Source of the DNA: Candidatus Schekmanbacteria bacterium RIFCSPLOWO2_02_FULL_38_14
GTDB lineage: Bacteria; Schekmanbacteria; GWA2-38-11
Direction: 5' to 3'
DNA length: 64,000 nt
NCBI GenBank assembly: GCA_001790855.1
Contig: MGDH01000016.1
Coordinates: 2,044 to 66,043, forward strand
Positions 38,414-47,323 of the stretch are shown piece after piece; positions within the stretch are counted from its first letter, which is position 1, and each line of letters opens with the position of its first letter. The position numbers and the translations under genes were made by a program. The notes beneath the pieces are model-generated. The model made no database searches. It had not been told where the DNA came from and saw only the letters and a program-made list of their open reading frames with translations.

Positions 38414-39395
38414 TCGTTAGTGCTTTCCATGGACAACGAGACAACTCCTCTTTCCAATACACCAACATATCTTGGAGGGTTTTTTCAAAAGGTATTTCCG
38501 GCTTCCATCCTGTTTCATTTTTGAATTTGTCTATACAAGGTATCTGCAATGTCACATCAGAAGGCCTCAACAGTTTGGAGTTAACCTTAACCTCAATCCT
38601 TACCTTAGAAAGTGACAATAAAATATCCAAAGCCTCCCCAATCATCATTGTCCTATCACCGCCTATATTATAGACCTCACCGGGCTTACACCTGTTTATT
38701 AAAATCCAATATGCCCTCACCGCATCTCTCACGTCACAGAAAGTTCTCACGGATTTTAAGTTCCCAACATATACAACCGGTTTGCTAAGTCCTAATTCAG
38801 CAGCTGCAACCTGCTTGGCAAATGACGACATGGCAAAAACATCACCTCTCCTTGGCCCTGTATGAGTAAACATTCTAGTGCGTATATTTTTAATTCCGTA
38901 AGATACAAAGTACTGAAAGGCTATCATATCTTCTCCGACTTTGCTTACTGCATATGGCGAAGCCGGCTTAAACGGGCATGTTTCTTTAATTGGAACATCT
39001 GCCTCATTTACCTGGCCATAGACTTCTGAAGACGAACATATATGAACAACTGGATTAATTTCCGTTATCCTAACGGCCTCGAGCAGATTTGTTGTCCCTA
39101 TAACGTTCACCCATAGAGTGTGAACAGGAGAGTTAAAACTGGTCAAAACATAACTCTGCGCCGCTAAATGAAAAATAACCTCAGGTTGAACAACCTTAAG
39201 ATGTCGAATCAGAGCGCCCAAATCACAAAGATCAGCCTCAAGTGGAGTTACTTTATTGTATATTTTTTCAAGATTATCCTTTGGGCTTCTCCACCTGCAT
39301 AATCCATAGACTTCATGATTTTCATTTAGATTAAGTATATATTCTGCAAGATGACTCCCCACAAAACCTGTTATTCCTGTAATCAATATTTTCAT
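38403..39395 (-). CDS. GDP-mannose 4,6-dehydratase / GDP-4-keto-6-deoxymannose reductase family SDR
   Basis: 330 aa. ILITGITGFVGSHL, SSSEVYG, SPYAVSKVGED (canonical YxxxK), RMFTHTGPRRG. Confidence 0.8.
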   Translation of the reverse strand: MKILITGITGFVGSHLAEYILNLNENHEVYGLCRWRSPKDNLEKIYNKVTPLEADLCDLGALIRHLKVVQPEVIFHLAAQSYVLTSFNSPVHTLWVNVIGTTNLLEAVRITEINPVVHICSSSEVYGQVNEADVPIKETCPFKPASPYAVSKVGEDMIAFQYFVSYGIKNIRTRMFTHTGPRRGDVFAMSSFAKQVAAAELGLSKPVVYVGNLKSVRTFCDVRDAVRAYWILINRCKPGEVYNIGGDRTMMIGEALDILLSLSKVRIEVKVNSKLLRPSDVTLQIPCIDKFKNETGWKPEIPFEKTLQDMLVYWKEELSRCPWKALTIEK

Positions 39396-39443
39396 ATAAT
39401 AAATCTCATTCTCTATGCTGTTAATGATTTAACTTTGTATAGA

Positions 39444-40574
39444 TTATAACACGCTTTCTCGTTGATTAACCTTAATATTATGAAAATCATCTACAAAACG
39501 TTTATACTCCTTAAGTAGTAATTGATTGGCAGAATTAGAATTCACTTCCGATAAAATCGGGGAAGCACCTAACCACCAATACGAATAGATTAATGATGAT
39601 GAATACGAACCCCATAAAGTGGGCATATTCAACATTACCATCAACAATTCAACAGGGAGAAACCGATTAATTTCATATTTCATAGTAAATACTTTGCAAT
39701 CATATTTTTTAAAATATCCCAAATAATTATTCAAATCCAAAGGATGGTTTTTTATTAAAACACAAGAATCATTTAACGAAACATCCTTAATCTGGTGCTC
39801 AAGATAATTATTATATTCATTTGGTGGCACCTCTGCTGTAGGCAGATATACATACCTGTTTTTGAAACGATTCATCTGAGCATTTATATCAACAATCTCC
39901 CCATATTCTTTTGGAAACATTTTTTGATATTCTTTCTCCACATGCTTAAATATTTTTGGTATTAAATCACTCGCATTAACAGATACCAGAGACACATTTT
40001 TCTCTAATTGCTTTTTTTTTATTAAATGACACCGTCCACCATCCAAGAAAACAAACCGTGAGGGGATAGTGCCGCGGCTCATAAATCGATACCCTACAAA
40101 ATAATCAAAACATCGTCTAAAAAGGGTTATTGGACTGTACCTATTTCTCATAGAATAAAACAAATTATATTCCTGTATGCTATGCTCAATAATATTAAGC
40201 TTAGCAGTTCTATCTTTGATCAAAGACCACAGCATAGATGGCATGGGTGCATAAATCTGATCAATTCCACCAAATTCAGTAAGGTTTTTATTAAGATGTT
40301 TTTTAAATGACTTATAATATTTTACCGCTTTGTAATATCTAATGATCCTCCTTTTCAACAAACCCACATGTTCCATCCGATCAATGTAAATAACCTTTCC
40401 CCATGGAAAATAACTCTCAATCATGCTGTTCAATTTGAAATAATTTTCTTTAAAAACATTAGTAGCCCTCTCAACGCAAAGAATATTAATATCTGTTGCA
40501 TGCAGTTTTTCTGCAACCACACTAGCTGCAATGGTACTCATTAATCCATTTGTAAAAAAAACATTGGTAACCAT
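39444..40574 (-). CDS. Hypothetical glycosyltransferase, sialyltransferase-like (D/E-D/E-G-like and HP motifs)
   Basis: 376 aa from the ATG at 40574, which is preceded by AGGAGGG; the track start 40592 is probably upstream of the true start. FVFLDGG and LIKNHPLD blocks resemble the two motifs shared by GT38/GT52/GT80 enzymes. Weak, motif-level only. Confidence 0.4.
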   Translation of the reverse strand: MVTNVFFTNGLMSTIAASVVAEKLHATDINILCVERATNVFKENYFKLNSMIESYFPWGKVIYIDRMEHVGLLKRRIIRYYKAVKYYKSFKKHLNKNLTEFGGIDQIYAPMPSMLWSLIKDRTAKLNIIEHSIQEYNLFYSMRNRYSPITLFRRCFDYFVGYRFMSRGTIPSRFVFLDGGRCHLIKKKQLEKNVSLVSVNASDLIPKIFKHVEKEYQKMFPKEYGEIVDINAQMNRFKNRYVYLPTAEVPPNEYNNYLEHQIKDVSLNDSCVLIKNHPLDLNNYLGYFKKYDCKVFTMKYEINRFLPVELLMVMLNMPTLWGSYSSSLIYSYWWLGASPILSEVNSNSANQLLLKEYKRFVDDFHNIKVNQRESVL

Positions 40575-40650
40575 CTTAAACACCCTCCTCATCTGTTGTT
40601 TTTTTTATGTCTCCAAGAATAGTTAACAGATGATCCCCAGCTTTATACTC

Positions 40651-42228
40651 TTACGAAGATAACTGGCCAACATTAAACTTTCGCCAATAAATAGTCGCTT
40701 TTGGATAACTTGCATTATCGAATGATAATCTTTTTACTACCTCAACAATATTTTCCGAACAACCTGAATTTCCATCGCATACAATGAATACCCAAGTCGG
40801 TTTTGAAAAAAATGTCTCCTTGTTTAGAACTTGATCATATCGAACACTATAGCTTGAAATTCCTTGTTGTTGAAATAACAAATTATACTTAGCGTCTCCG
40901 GCAATCACTACGACAGACGCTTCTGTATCAGCAGATCTAATAGATTGTATTCCATTTAAAACAACTGACTTAACACGGCAATCTAATCTATTTTCATACT
41001 CCTTATACGCAGAATAACTCCACGCTCCTGCCATACCAACAACCACAACCAAAATAGTAAAAATTCGAGCACCGCGTTGGCTCATGATAGAAAATAAAAA
41101 TTCTACCACAAACATTATAATAATGGGGCTAATAAAATAGTAATATCGACACTCACTAAAGAATTTAAAGCTCGTGCCATTCCAGAAACAAAGCGTAAGA
41201 AAACCAAGGAATAGTATTAACGACATAAACGATAAAATAAACCATGATGTCAAAACGTTGAAACGGCCTATGCGATATAATTTATACAACACACAGCCCA
41301 TTGTGAACATAACACCTGCTGCCAAAATACGGACTACCATTACTAATTGTCCACCTATATTCAACTTGTTTACAATAAAAATCAAGAGTCCTGGAGGCAT
41401 AAAAACGTACAATATCGCCTCAAATATTTCCAGTAAATTAAAATTCAAGTGTAAGTGTTTATTGATAACAGCGCCTATTGTTCCAACACTACCTGCGTAC
41501 AAAACGTTTGTATAAAAAATAATAACGGCAGTTACAATAGGCAACAAAACAACTAATGAACTATTAATTACCACTTCTTTGTAATTTTTTCGATGCATAA
41601 ATACTACCCATACAAAGCATATTATTAACATAACCAAGCCTAAATATTTCACAAGAATCGCAATAGAAACCAGTAGGCTTGTAGCAAGAATAAACACACT
41701 TTGCTTTTTAATGTTCTTCTCTCGAGCAGGGAGCTGTTTGACAGACAACATTAACCAGGTTAGTAAAGGAAATATCGCCCAAAGAATTAAGTCAGTGCAA
41801 GAAGATGCAAATCGCAATGACAGTGGGCACAATAGAGAAACGTACAAAATTTTAGCCATTGTTCTTTCGATATAAAAGTCAGACAACTTAAACCACAGCC
41901 ATATACCAGAGATGAGAACAACGCTTTTAAAAAGCTTTGCAGAAAACCCTATGCTAAAACCAATTTTCAACAATAAAGAGATGAAAAAAGAATATCCTAT
42001 TGGCCACCCTTTTAAATAACTATAGTTGGCAATGGACAAATCCTTTTGGGGAATCAATGTGGCTGTATATCCACGGCCATCAGCCAACCTCATCGCAGCT
42101 TGAAGTTGAAAAGCTTCATCTGTATTAGAGAAATAGGGGTTTACGAAAAGCACATATAAAAAGGGAATAACCAATAGAAAAATTAGAATGAAAACTAAGT
42201 TTTTATTGTAGCTCGTGTACATTCGCAA
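40651..42228 (-). CDS. GT-C fold (ArnT/PMT-like) polytopic membrane glycosyltransferase
   Basis: 525 aa, at least 11 hydrophobic segments. First-loop acidic motif SNTDEAFQL..A..LA.G.GY and a soluble C-terminal ~110 aa. Confidence 0.6.
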   Translation of the reverse strand: MRMYTSYNKNLVFILIFLLVIPFLYVLFVNPYFSNTDEAFQLQAAMRLADGRGYTATLIPQKDLSIANYSYLKGWPIGYSFFISLLLKIGFSIGFSAKLFKSVVLISGIWLWFKLSDFYIERTMAKILYVSLLCPLSLRFASSCTDLILWAIFPLLTWLMLSVKQLPAREKNIKKQSVFILATSLLVSIAILVKYLGLVMLIICFVWVVFMHRKNYKEVVINSSLVVLLPIVTAVIIFYTNVLYAGSVGTIGAVINKHLHLNFNLLEIFEAILYVFMPPGLLIFIVNKLNIGGQLVMVVRILAAGVMFTMGCVLYKLYRIGRFNVLTSWFILSFMSLILFLGFLTLCFWNGTSFKFFSECRYYYFISPIIIMFVVEFLFSIMSQRGARIFTILVVVVGMAGAWSYSAYKEYENRLDCRVKSVVLNGIQSIRSADTEASVVVIAGDAKYNLLFQQQGISSYSVRYDQVLNKETFFSKPTWVFIVCDGNSGCSENIVEVVKRLSFDNASYPKATIYWRKFNVGQLSS

Positions 42229-42244
42229 TAAAAAAATCCAATAG

Positions 42245-42967
42245 CTAGTAAACTCGGACGGGTTTTTTATTATACAAAGAACGCTGTGTTAAAAATATTT
42301 CTATAATTAACATAAAAAAAGTATTAATAACTTCTACTAAGTTTTTTATCTTTATTGCGCTACTATTCTGTTTTTTAGCCTGGGCATACCCTGGAATTTC
42401 GAAAAATGAGCATCCTTGCCTCAAAAGTTTTACTGTTATTTCAGCAATAACACTAAATCTCTGTGCTCGAATTGGTAAGCCTCTCAATTTCCAAGTTGGA
42501 TATATGCATGGTGAATTGATATATTGAATGTAAATATCAAATAAAACTGTATAAATTAAGTTATAAAAATTTGACAAAACTATTCTCCTGCGACATCTCA
42601 CTTTTTTATTCAAATAAAAACCAAAAACCAATTCCGCCTTATTTTTATATCTAAACAGCTCTCTTAATAAATTTATACTCATGTCATTACTTCCGCCAAT
42701 AATAGTAAATTTTTCATACTTTGCTATTTTTATTGCTTTTTTTAAGCTTTCTCCAATCCCTATATTTGTTTTATTAAAAATGCCGCGAATAAAATTATAT
42801 TTTCTGGTCAATTCAGAAATTAGAAAACCTGTCTTATCAGTACTTCCATCGTCCACTATTATTATATCTAACTGGGTCTCTGTCTCATTTGCAACTTGAA
42901 TTATATCAGAAACAGTATTTTCTAAATTATTTTCTTCATTCAGACAGGGTATCATAATTGACAACAT
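42245..42967 (-). CDS. GT2 polyprenyl-phosphate glycosyltransferase (ArnC/GtrB/DPM1-like)
   Basis: 240 aa. IMIPCLNEE.N, IIIVDDGSTDKT. Directly upstream of the GT-C protein. Confidence 0.78.
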   Translation of the reverse strand: MLSIMIPCLNEENNLENTVSDIIQVANETETQLDIIIVDDGSTDKTGFLISELTRKYNFIRGIFNKTNIGIGESLKKAIKIAKYEKFTIIGGSNDMSINLLRELFRYKNKAELVFGFYLNKKVRCRRRIVLSNFYNLIYTVLFDIYIQYINSPCIYPTWKLRGLPIRAQRFSVIAEITVKLLRQGCSFFEIPGYAQAKKQNSSAIKIKNLVEVINTFFMLIIEIFLTQRSLYNKKPVRVY

Positions 42968-42991
42968 CTTTATTGATTTAATTTGCAGAAA

Positions 42992-44380
42992 TCAGGTTTG
43001 TCGAAAACCTCTAAACGACGCATCGCATTCAAAATACAATTTTTTCGCATTTTCGATCGCATTACATTTTTGATACAGAAAGTAGTTTTCTATTAACACT
43101 TTATTTGCCTCGTAGAGAAGCATATAAAATTCATCATCACTTAGGTTTGTAAAATTAACTGACAATAAATCTGAATTAATATGTTTATTCTCATAAAAAT
43201 CTTCACAATCTTTCAGCAAACCTTTCTCTATAGCATAATAATATAGTGGGGAGCCTGGATATGGTGTAACAGGTCTTATTGTTCTCATTTGAGCATGGTC
43301 ATCATACTTAAGCAGGAAATCAACACCAAGTTTTAACGATTCTGCGGTTTCTCCAATATTGCCGAATATAATATTAAACCCTGGGCTTATACCAGCAGCT
43401 AAAGTATTTTCTATGCTACTGATGATTTGCTTAACCATAAGCCCCTTTTTCATTGTATGAAGGGCTTTTTCATCCAGCGACTCAATACCATAATTAATGA
43501 AAACACATCCTGCTTCTTTCATTAATCTAAGAACATCAGGTCTTGCATAATTTAATCTGCCGTTACAAAACCATTTAAATTTAAGTTTTGACTTAATAAA
43601 ACTTTCACATAATTCAACTGTTCTCTGAACGGAGCTCATTAAAAGCTCGTCCTGGAAATCAATATAAGAAATATGATAGTCTTTCTTCAAAATTTGTATT
43701 TCTTCTATAATGCTATCTGTGGACCGGACTCTATGGCCTTTATCCATCCTGTAACAAAAATTACATTTAAAAGTACACCCTCTCCCTGATAATAGAAGCA
43801 TACAACGTTCGCTGTTTTTAATATTGGCTTCTCTTAACAAAGCATAATGATCAATAGGAAATAAATCCCATGCGGGAAAAGGAATTTCATCAATATTTGG
43901 TATAAGTGCACGTCTTGGTGTCTGAATACATTTTCCATTTTTCAAAAATGCAATGCCATGAACAGAACACAATTCTTTTTTTTCTTTTAAAGTTTCTAAT
44001 AGTTCTATTATTGTAATTTCGCCTTCTCCGATTACTACTACATCAGCTCGTGTTTTTTTTAAGAAATACTCAGGTTCTGGCGATGGACCATGCCCTCCTA
44101 TTATAAAAAAGGGCCTATTTTTTGCTTTATTAATAGCTTCTGATATTTTTAATAACTTTCTGTATTGATAATAGCCTCCTATAACACCTACGCCGATTAC
44201 ATCAAAATACTCCCTGTTCAATAAATTAAGTAAATGTGATTCTGGCCAATGATAAACATCTTGGTTATAAATTTTAACTTCATGCCCTGCATTTCTGCAT
44301 ACGGACGCAATGTATGCTAATCCAAGGGGAAAAACTGAAATATAAGAATCATTATCATATGCTACTAACAGAATTCGCAT
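42992..44380 (-). CDS. Cobalamin-binding-domain (class B) radical SAM enzyme
   Basis: 462 aa. MRILLVAYDNDSY..FPLGLAYIASV, IIGGHGPS, rSAM CTFKCNFC. Confidence 0.85.
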   Translation of the reverse strand: MRILLVAYDNDSYISVFPLGLAYIASVCRNAGHEVKIYNQDVYHWPESHLLNLLNREYFDVIGVGVIGGYYQYRKLLKISEAINKAKNRPFFIIGGHGPSPEPEYFLKKTRADVVVIGEGEITIIELLETLKEKKELCSVHGIAFLKNGKCIQTPRRALIPNIDEIPFPAWDLFPIDHYALLREANIKNSERCMLLLSGRGCTFKCNFCYRMDKGHRVRSTDSIIEEIQILKKDYHISYIDFQDELLMSSVQRTVELCESFIKSKLKFKWFCNGRLNYARPDVLRLMKEAGCVFINYGIESLDEKALHTMKKGLMVKQIISSIENTLAAGISPGFNIIFGNIGETAESLKLGVDFLLKYDDHAQMRTIRPVTPYPGSPLYYYAIEKGLLKDCEDFYENKHINSDLLSVNFTNLSDDEFYMLLYEANKVLIENYFLYQKCNAIENAKKLYFECDASFRGFRQT

Positions 44381-44474
44381 TTGAATACCTTCAACCCATA
44401 ATTTATTTTCTTATCCTGATTACCAGCATGTCCTTCCGAAAACTCCATTTTGCTCATTTATCTATATTTACCTA

Positions 44475-44502
44475 AATATGTTATTGCCTGCGGTCATGTC
44501 AA
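44475..44502 (-). promoter_or_regulatory. Candidate internal promoter (TTGACA-16 nt-CATATT) in the 163-nt spacer upstream of rSAM 42992..44380
   Basis: Minus-strand TTGACA at 44502-44497 and CATATT at 44480-44475. This is one of the few spacers over 100 nt in the locus. Confidence 0.3.
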
Positions 44503-44543
44503 TAATCGGGCAGTAGTAAGCGAAATTATATCCTCACACAAAA

Positions 44544-45773
44544 CTAATTTTTACTATTCATCTTAACCCTAGCTGATGGATGCCCATATTTATTACGAGC
44601 TTTTTCTAAAACTGTACTGCACCACTTATTCCGATCAAGTTTGGAATAAAGTGCCTTAAACTCATTTAACAAGAGTTCTGGTGTTACCAAAATCTGGGTA
44701 CTAAACATTTTTTGTCTATCTGTTGCAAACGAAAAATTTTCCCCAGATTTCAATTCAAGTCTATGTAAACACCATTCTGGGAATTTGAATATCAAATAAG
44801 GAAGGTCACTAAACTGCGCAATAGTATTAACCCCAGATGATGTACCCATATACATTAAAGATGTGCGAATCAAAGCAAGGTCTTCTATTATAGATGTCCC
44901 AAAATCTTTTGCGATAATTACATTCGACCTTTTTCTCAGGCCATCAAAAGTTTCCTCCCGTAATCCAACAAATACAAAAACAACTTCCGGAAAATCTATT
45001 TTACACTGATCTATGAATGACAACCAAACCACAGGATTAGTGTTCCGTTCAGAAGCATGCGATGTTTGTTTTAAAGATAATGTTACAGGTACTGTATTCT
45101 CTGGCAAATAATTCAGGTAGAACCAATGTGCCCAAAATCCATCCCTATCACCAATTCTAAGATATGGTATATATCCATGCGAATTATAAAAATCTTGTAC
45201 CTCATTAAAGTTGGGGAATCCATAATCAGCATAATTATATGTTTCGCCTAAGTGATGAGCCAACGGTGGGAACATGTCATAGCGTTCAACATTACTTTTC
45301 AAGAAATGATAAAATTCTTTACGAGAATTAAATTGGAAAATTGATCCAAGATATGGACATGTACTAAACAATGGAAGGAATTCAAGCATATAGTCTTGCG
45401 CATTATCAGATGTAATATTATTATCTTCGGCTTTTTTACGGTTGCCAATTGGGTTATCACTATCATATATAACACAAATATCAACTTCTTCTGCATTATA
45501 TTTAATTTTCAAAATGCTTAATCTTTCAATGAAAAGTAAGGGATCTCCAACTGACCATGGAAGGGCTTTGAAGTCCCAAACTCCCAAAATACGTTTCTTT
45601 TGAAAGTTTGGTGCGAAAATTAGTTTCATCAAATTATAATAAAACCTGACTTTTATTGGCCATAGACCCAGCCTCAACCAAAAACTATATAATTTATCAG
45701 TTATTATCTTACATGTAGTAAGAACACCGTGCTTACGAATTTTGCGATATATATCTATACCCTTTTGAAACAT
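44544..45773 (-). CDS. Uncharacterised GT-B-like protein, paralogue A
   Basis: 409 aa. Shares blocks with 53545..54600: RILGVW, IPYL, (A/K)(R/K)DFG(S/T), DLALI, MG(T/M)(S/T)SG, FSD.PY.I(F/Y)K, SFAT. The DLALI...G.SG block recalls the donor-binding C-domain of GT9-type enzymes. Confidence 0.5.
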   Translation of the reverse strand: MFQKGIDIYRKIRKHGVLTTCKIITDKLYSFWLRLGLWPIKVRFYYNLMKLIFAPNFQKKRILGVWDFKALPWSVGDPLLFIERLSILKIKYNAEEVDICVIYDSDNPIGNRKKAEDNNITSDNAQDYMLEFLPLFSTCPYLGSIFQFNSRKEFYHFLKSNVERYDMFPPLAHHLGETYNYADYGFPNFNEVQDFYNSHGYIPYLRIGDRDGFWAHWFYLNYLPENTVPVTLSLKQTSHASERNTNPVVWLSFIDQCKIDFPEVVFVFVGLREETFDGLRKRSNVIIAKDFGTSIIEDLALIRTSLMYMGTSSGVNTIAQFSDLPYLIFKFPEWCLHRLELKSGENFSFATDRQKMFSTQILVTPELLLNEFKALYSKLDRNKWCSTVLEKARNKYGHPSARVKMNSKN

Positions 45774-45830
45774 TTTATTTCCTATTTATACATTATATTT
45801 CTAATAATCAATTTAGTACTGACTAAACTT

Positions 45831-47273
45831 TCAATAGTACCGACTTACCTTACCATCTAAGCCAACAATAGTTTTACCATCACCATGCCAAATACCTTTG
45901 AGACGATACCATTGCCATGCTACCAAGGGGATTACAATTAATAGTGATATCATGTATCCGACTGCCATTCCCATGGCAGAAAAATAACGTCCAAGGAAAA
46001 CATTGCTGCATGTGATTAAAATTGCAGCCAGAACACTAATGAGCAATAATGGTTCTTGCTTATGGGCTCTCAGATACCCTGCCATAGGAACTGATATGGC
46101 TTGAAATATTTGTGCAAAGGCAAATATTCCCATAGGCAATGGTGGCAAAAGACGAGCCGCAAAAGGATGCTGTAAGACATTGAGTATGTATACTATAAGC
46201 CAGCCGCTGAATGATATGAAACCTGAAACCACTATCGTTATTTTCATGAGTCGCCAAAATAGTCTATCTAGTTCCTCATATTCTCTCCGTGCAATCAGCA
46301 TACCAAATTGTGGAATTTTAGGAGCAATCCATGCAGTAGGAATTGAAGGTATGAGTCCGACTACACTCCATGTCATACCCATCTGTCCTGCAACTACAGC
46401 ACCATGATATTTAAAAAGTATCGGTATAAAAAAGTAATGGACAAAATAACCACATAAACAGCTTAGGCCTATCTTCCATTGCATTGGCCAAATATCATTA
46501 GACCAATGCAATTTTTCTTTAACTTTAAATGAGAATATTAAAGTTTTAGAAAATACCTTATATTTTCTTAAAATAAGCGTAATAATGCATATTATACTTG
46601 CTATATTAGAAAAAGTTAAAACCCATAAATTTGTGTGTAATAATATTGTTAACCAAAGAGTTATTTTGACAAATAATGCTTGGTAAAACGAGTAGGTATA
46701 TAAATTAGATACTTGATTGCATCCCTCTAATATAGAAGTAATTGGAAGCAATAAAACCGCAATACTAGTGATAAAACAAAGTGAAAACCAGGGCATTTCC
46801 CAGTCAATCGAAGGATCTGGGGATCTGGAAAAAAACAGATATCCCCCTACACCTAAACCAATAAGTACGAAGATGGCGGCAATTCCATACCATTTTAAAA
46901 CAAAACGTGTCAAACTAGCCAGTCTCGAAAGAGCTACATTATCGCCAATTATATTGCCATCATTATCTAAACTTAAACTAGACCATTCATGTGCGGCAAA
47001 TTGGAGAATTACAATACTTAGTCCCAATTCAGCAAAAGTTTGTAATGCAACCAAACTTTGAAAAGTATAATAATAACCCTGCAATTTTGCAGTAAAAACG
47101 CTAATCATTAAAATTCCAGTAATTGGCCCAGTAATTAGATTGAATACTCGAGTTAAAAGTCCAAAAAATACAGGTCTATCTATAGAAGCCCTTTGCATAA
47201 AAAGGTGCATTGTGTCTTTTATAATCATCATTTTACAAGGTGCCTCCAGTTGATTTTTCTCGGGTCTGTCCAT
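45831..47273 (-). CDS. Wzx-like oligosaccharide flippase (MOP superfamily)
   Basis: 480 aa, about 12 hydrophobic segments, located inside the glycan locus. Confidence 0.65.
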   Translation of the reverse strand: MDRPEKNQLEAPCKMMIIKDTMHLFMQRASIDRPVFFGLLTRVFNLITGPITGILMISVFTAKLQGYYYTFQSLVALQTFAELGLSIVILQFAAHEWSSLSLDNDGNIIGDNVALSRLASLTRFVLKWYGIAAIFVLIGLGVGGYLFFSRSPDPSIDWEMPWFSLCFITSIAVLLLPITSILEGCNQVSNLYTYSFYQALFVKITLWLTILLHTNLWVLTFSNIASIICIITLILRKYKVFSKTLIFSFKVKEKLHWSNDIWPMQWKIGLSCLCGYFVHYFFIPILFKYHGAVVAGQMGMTWSVVGLIPSIPTAWIAPKIPQFGMLIARREYEELDRLFWRLMKITIVVSGFISFSGWLIVYILNVLQHPFAARLLPPLPMGIFAFAQIFQAISVPMAGYLRAHKQEPLLLISVLAAILITCSNVFLGRYFSAMGMAVGYMISLLIVIPLVAWQWYRLKGIWHGDGKTIVGLDGKVSRYY

Positions 47274-47323
47274 TAATCCAGAGCAATGTCATAATGTTTC
47301 TCTCGCAAGCTTATTTTTCTGTT

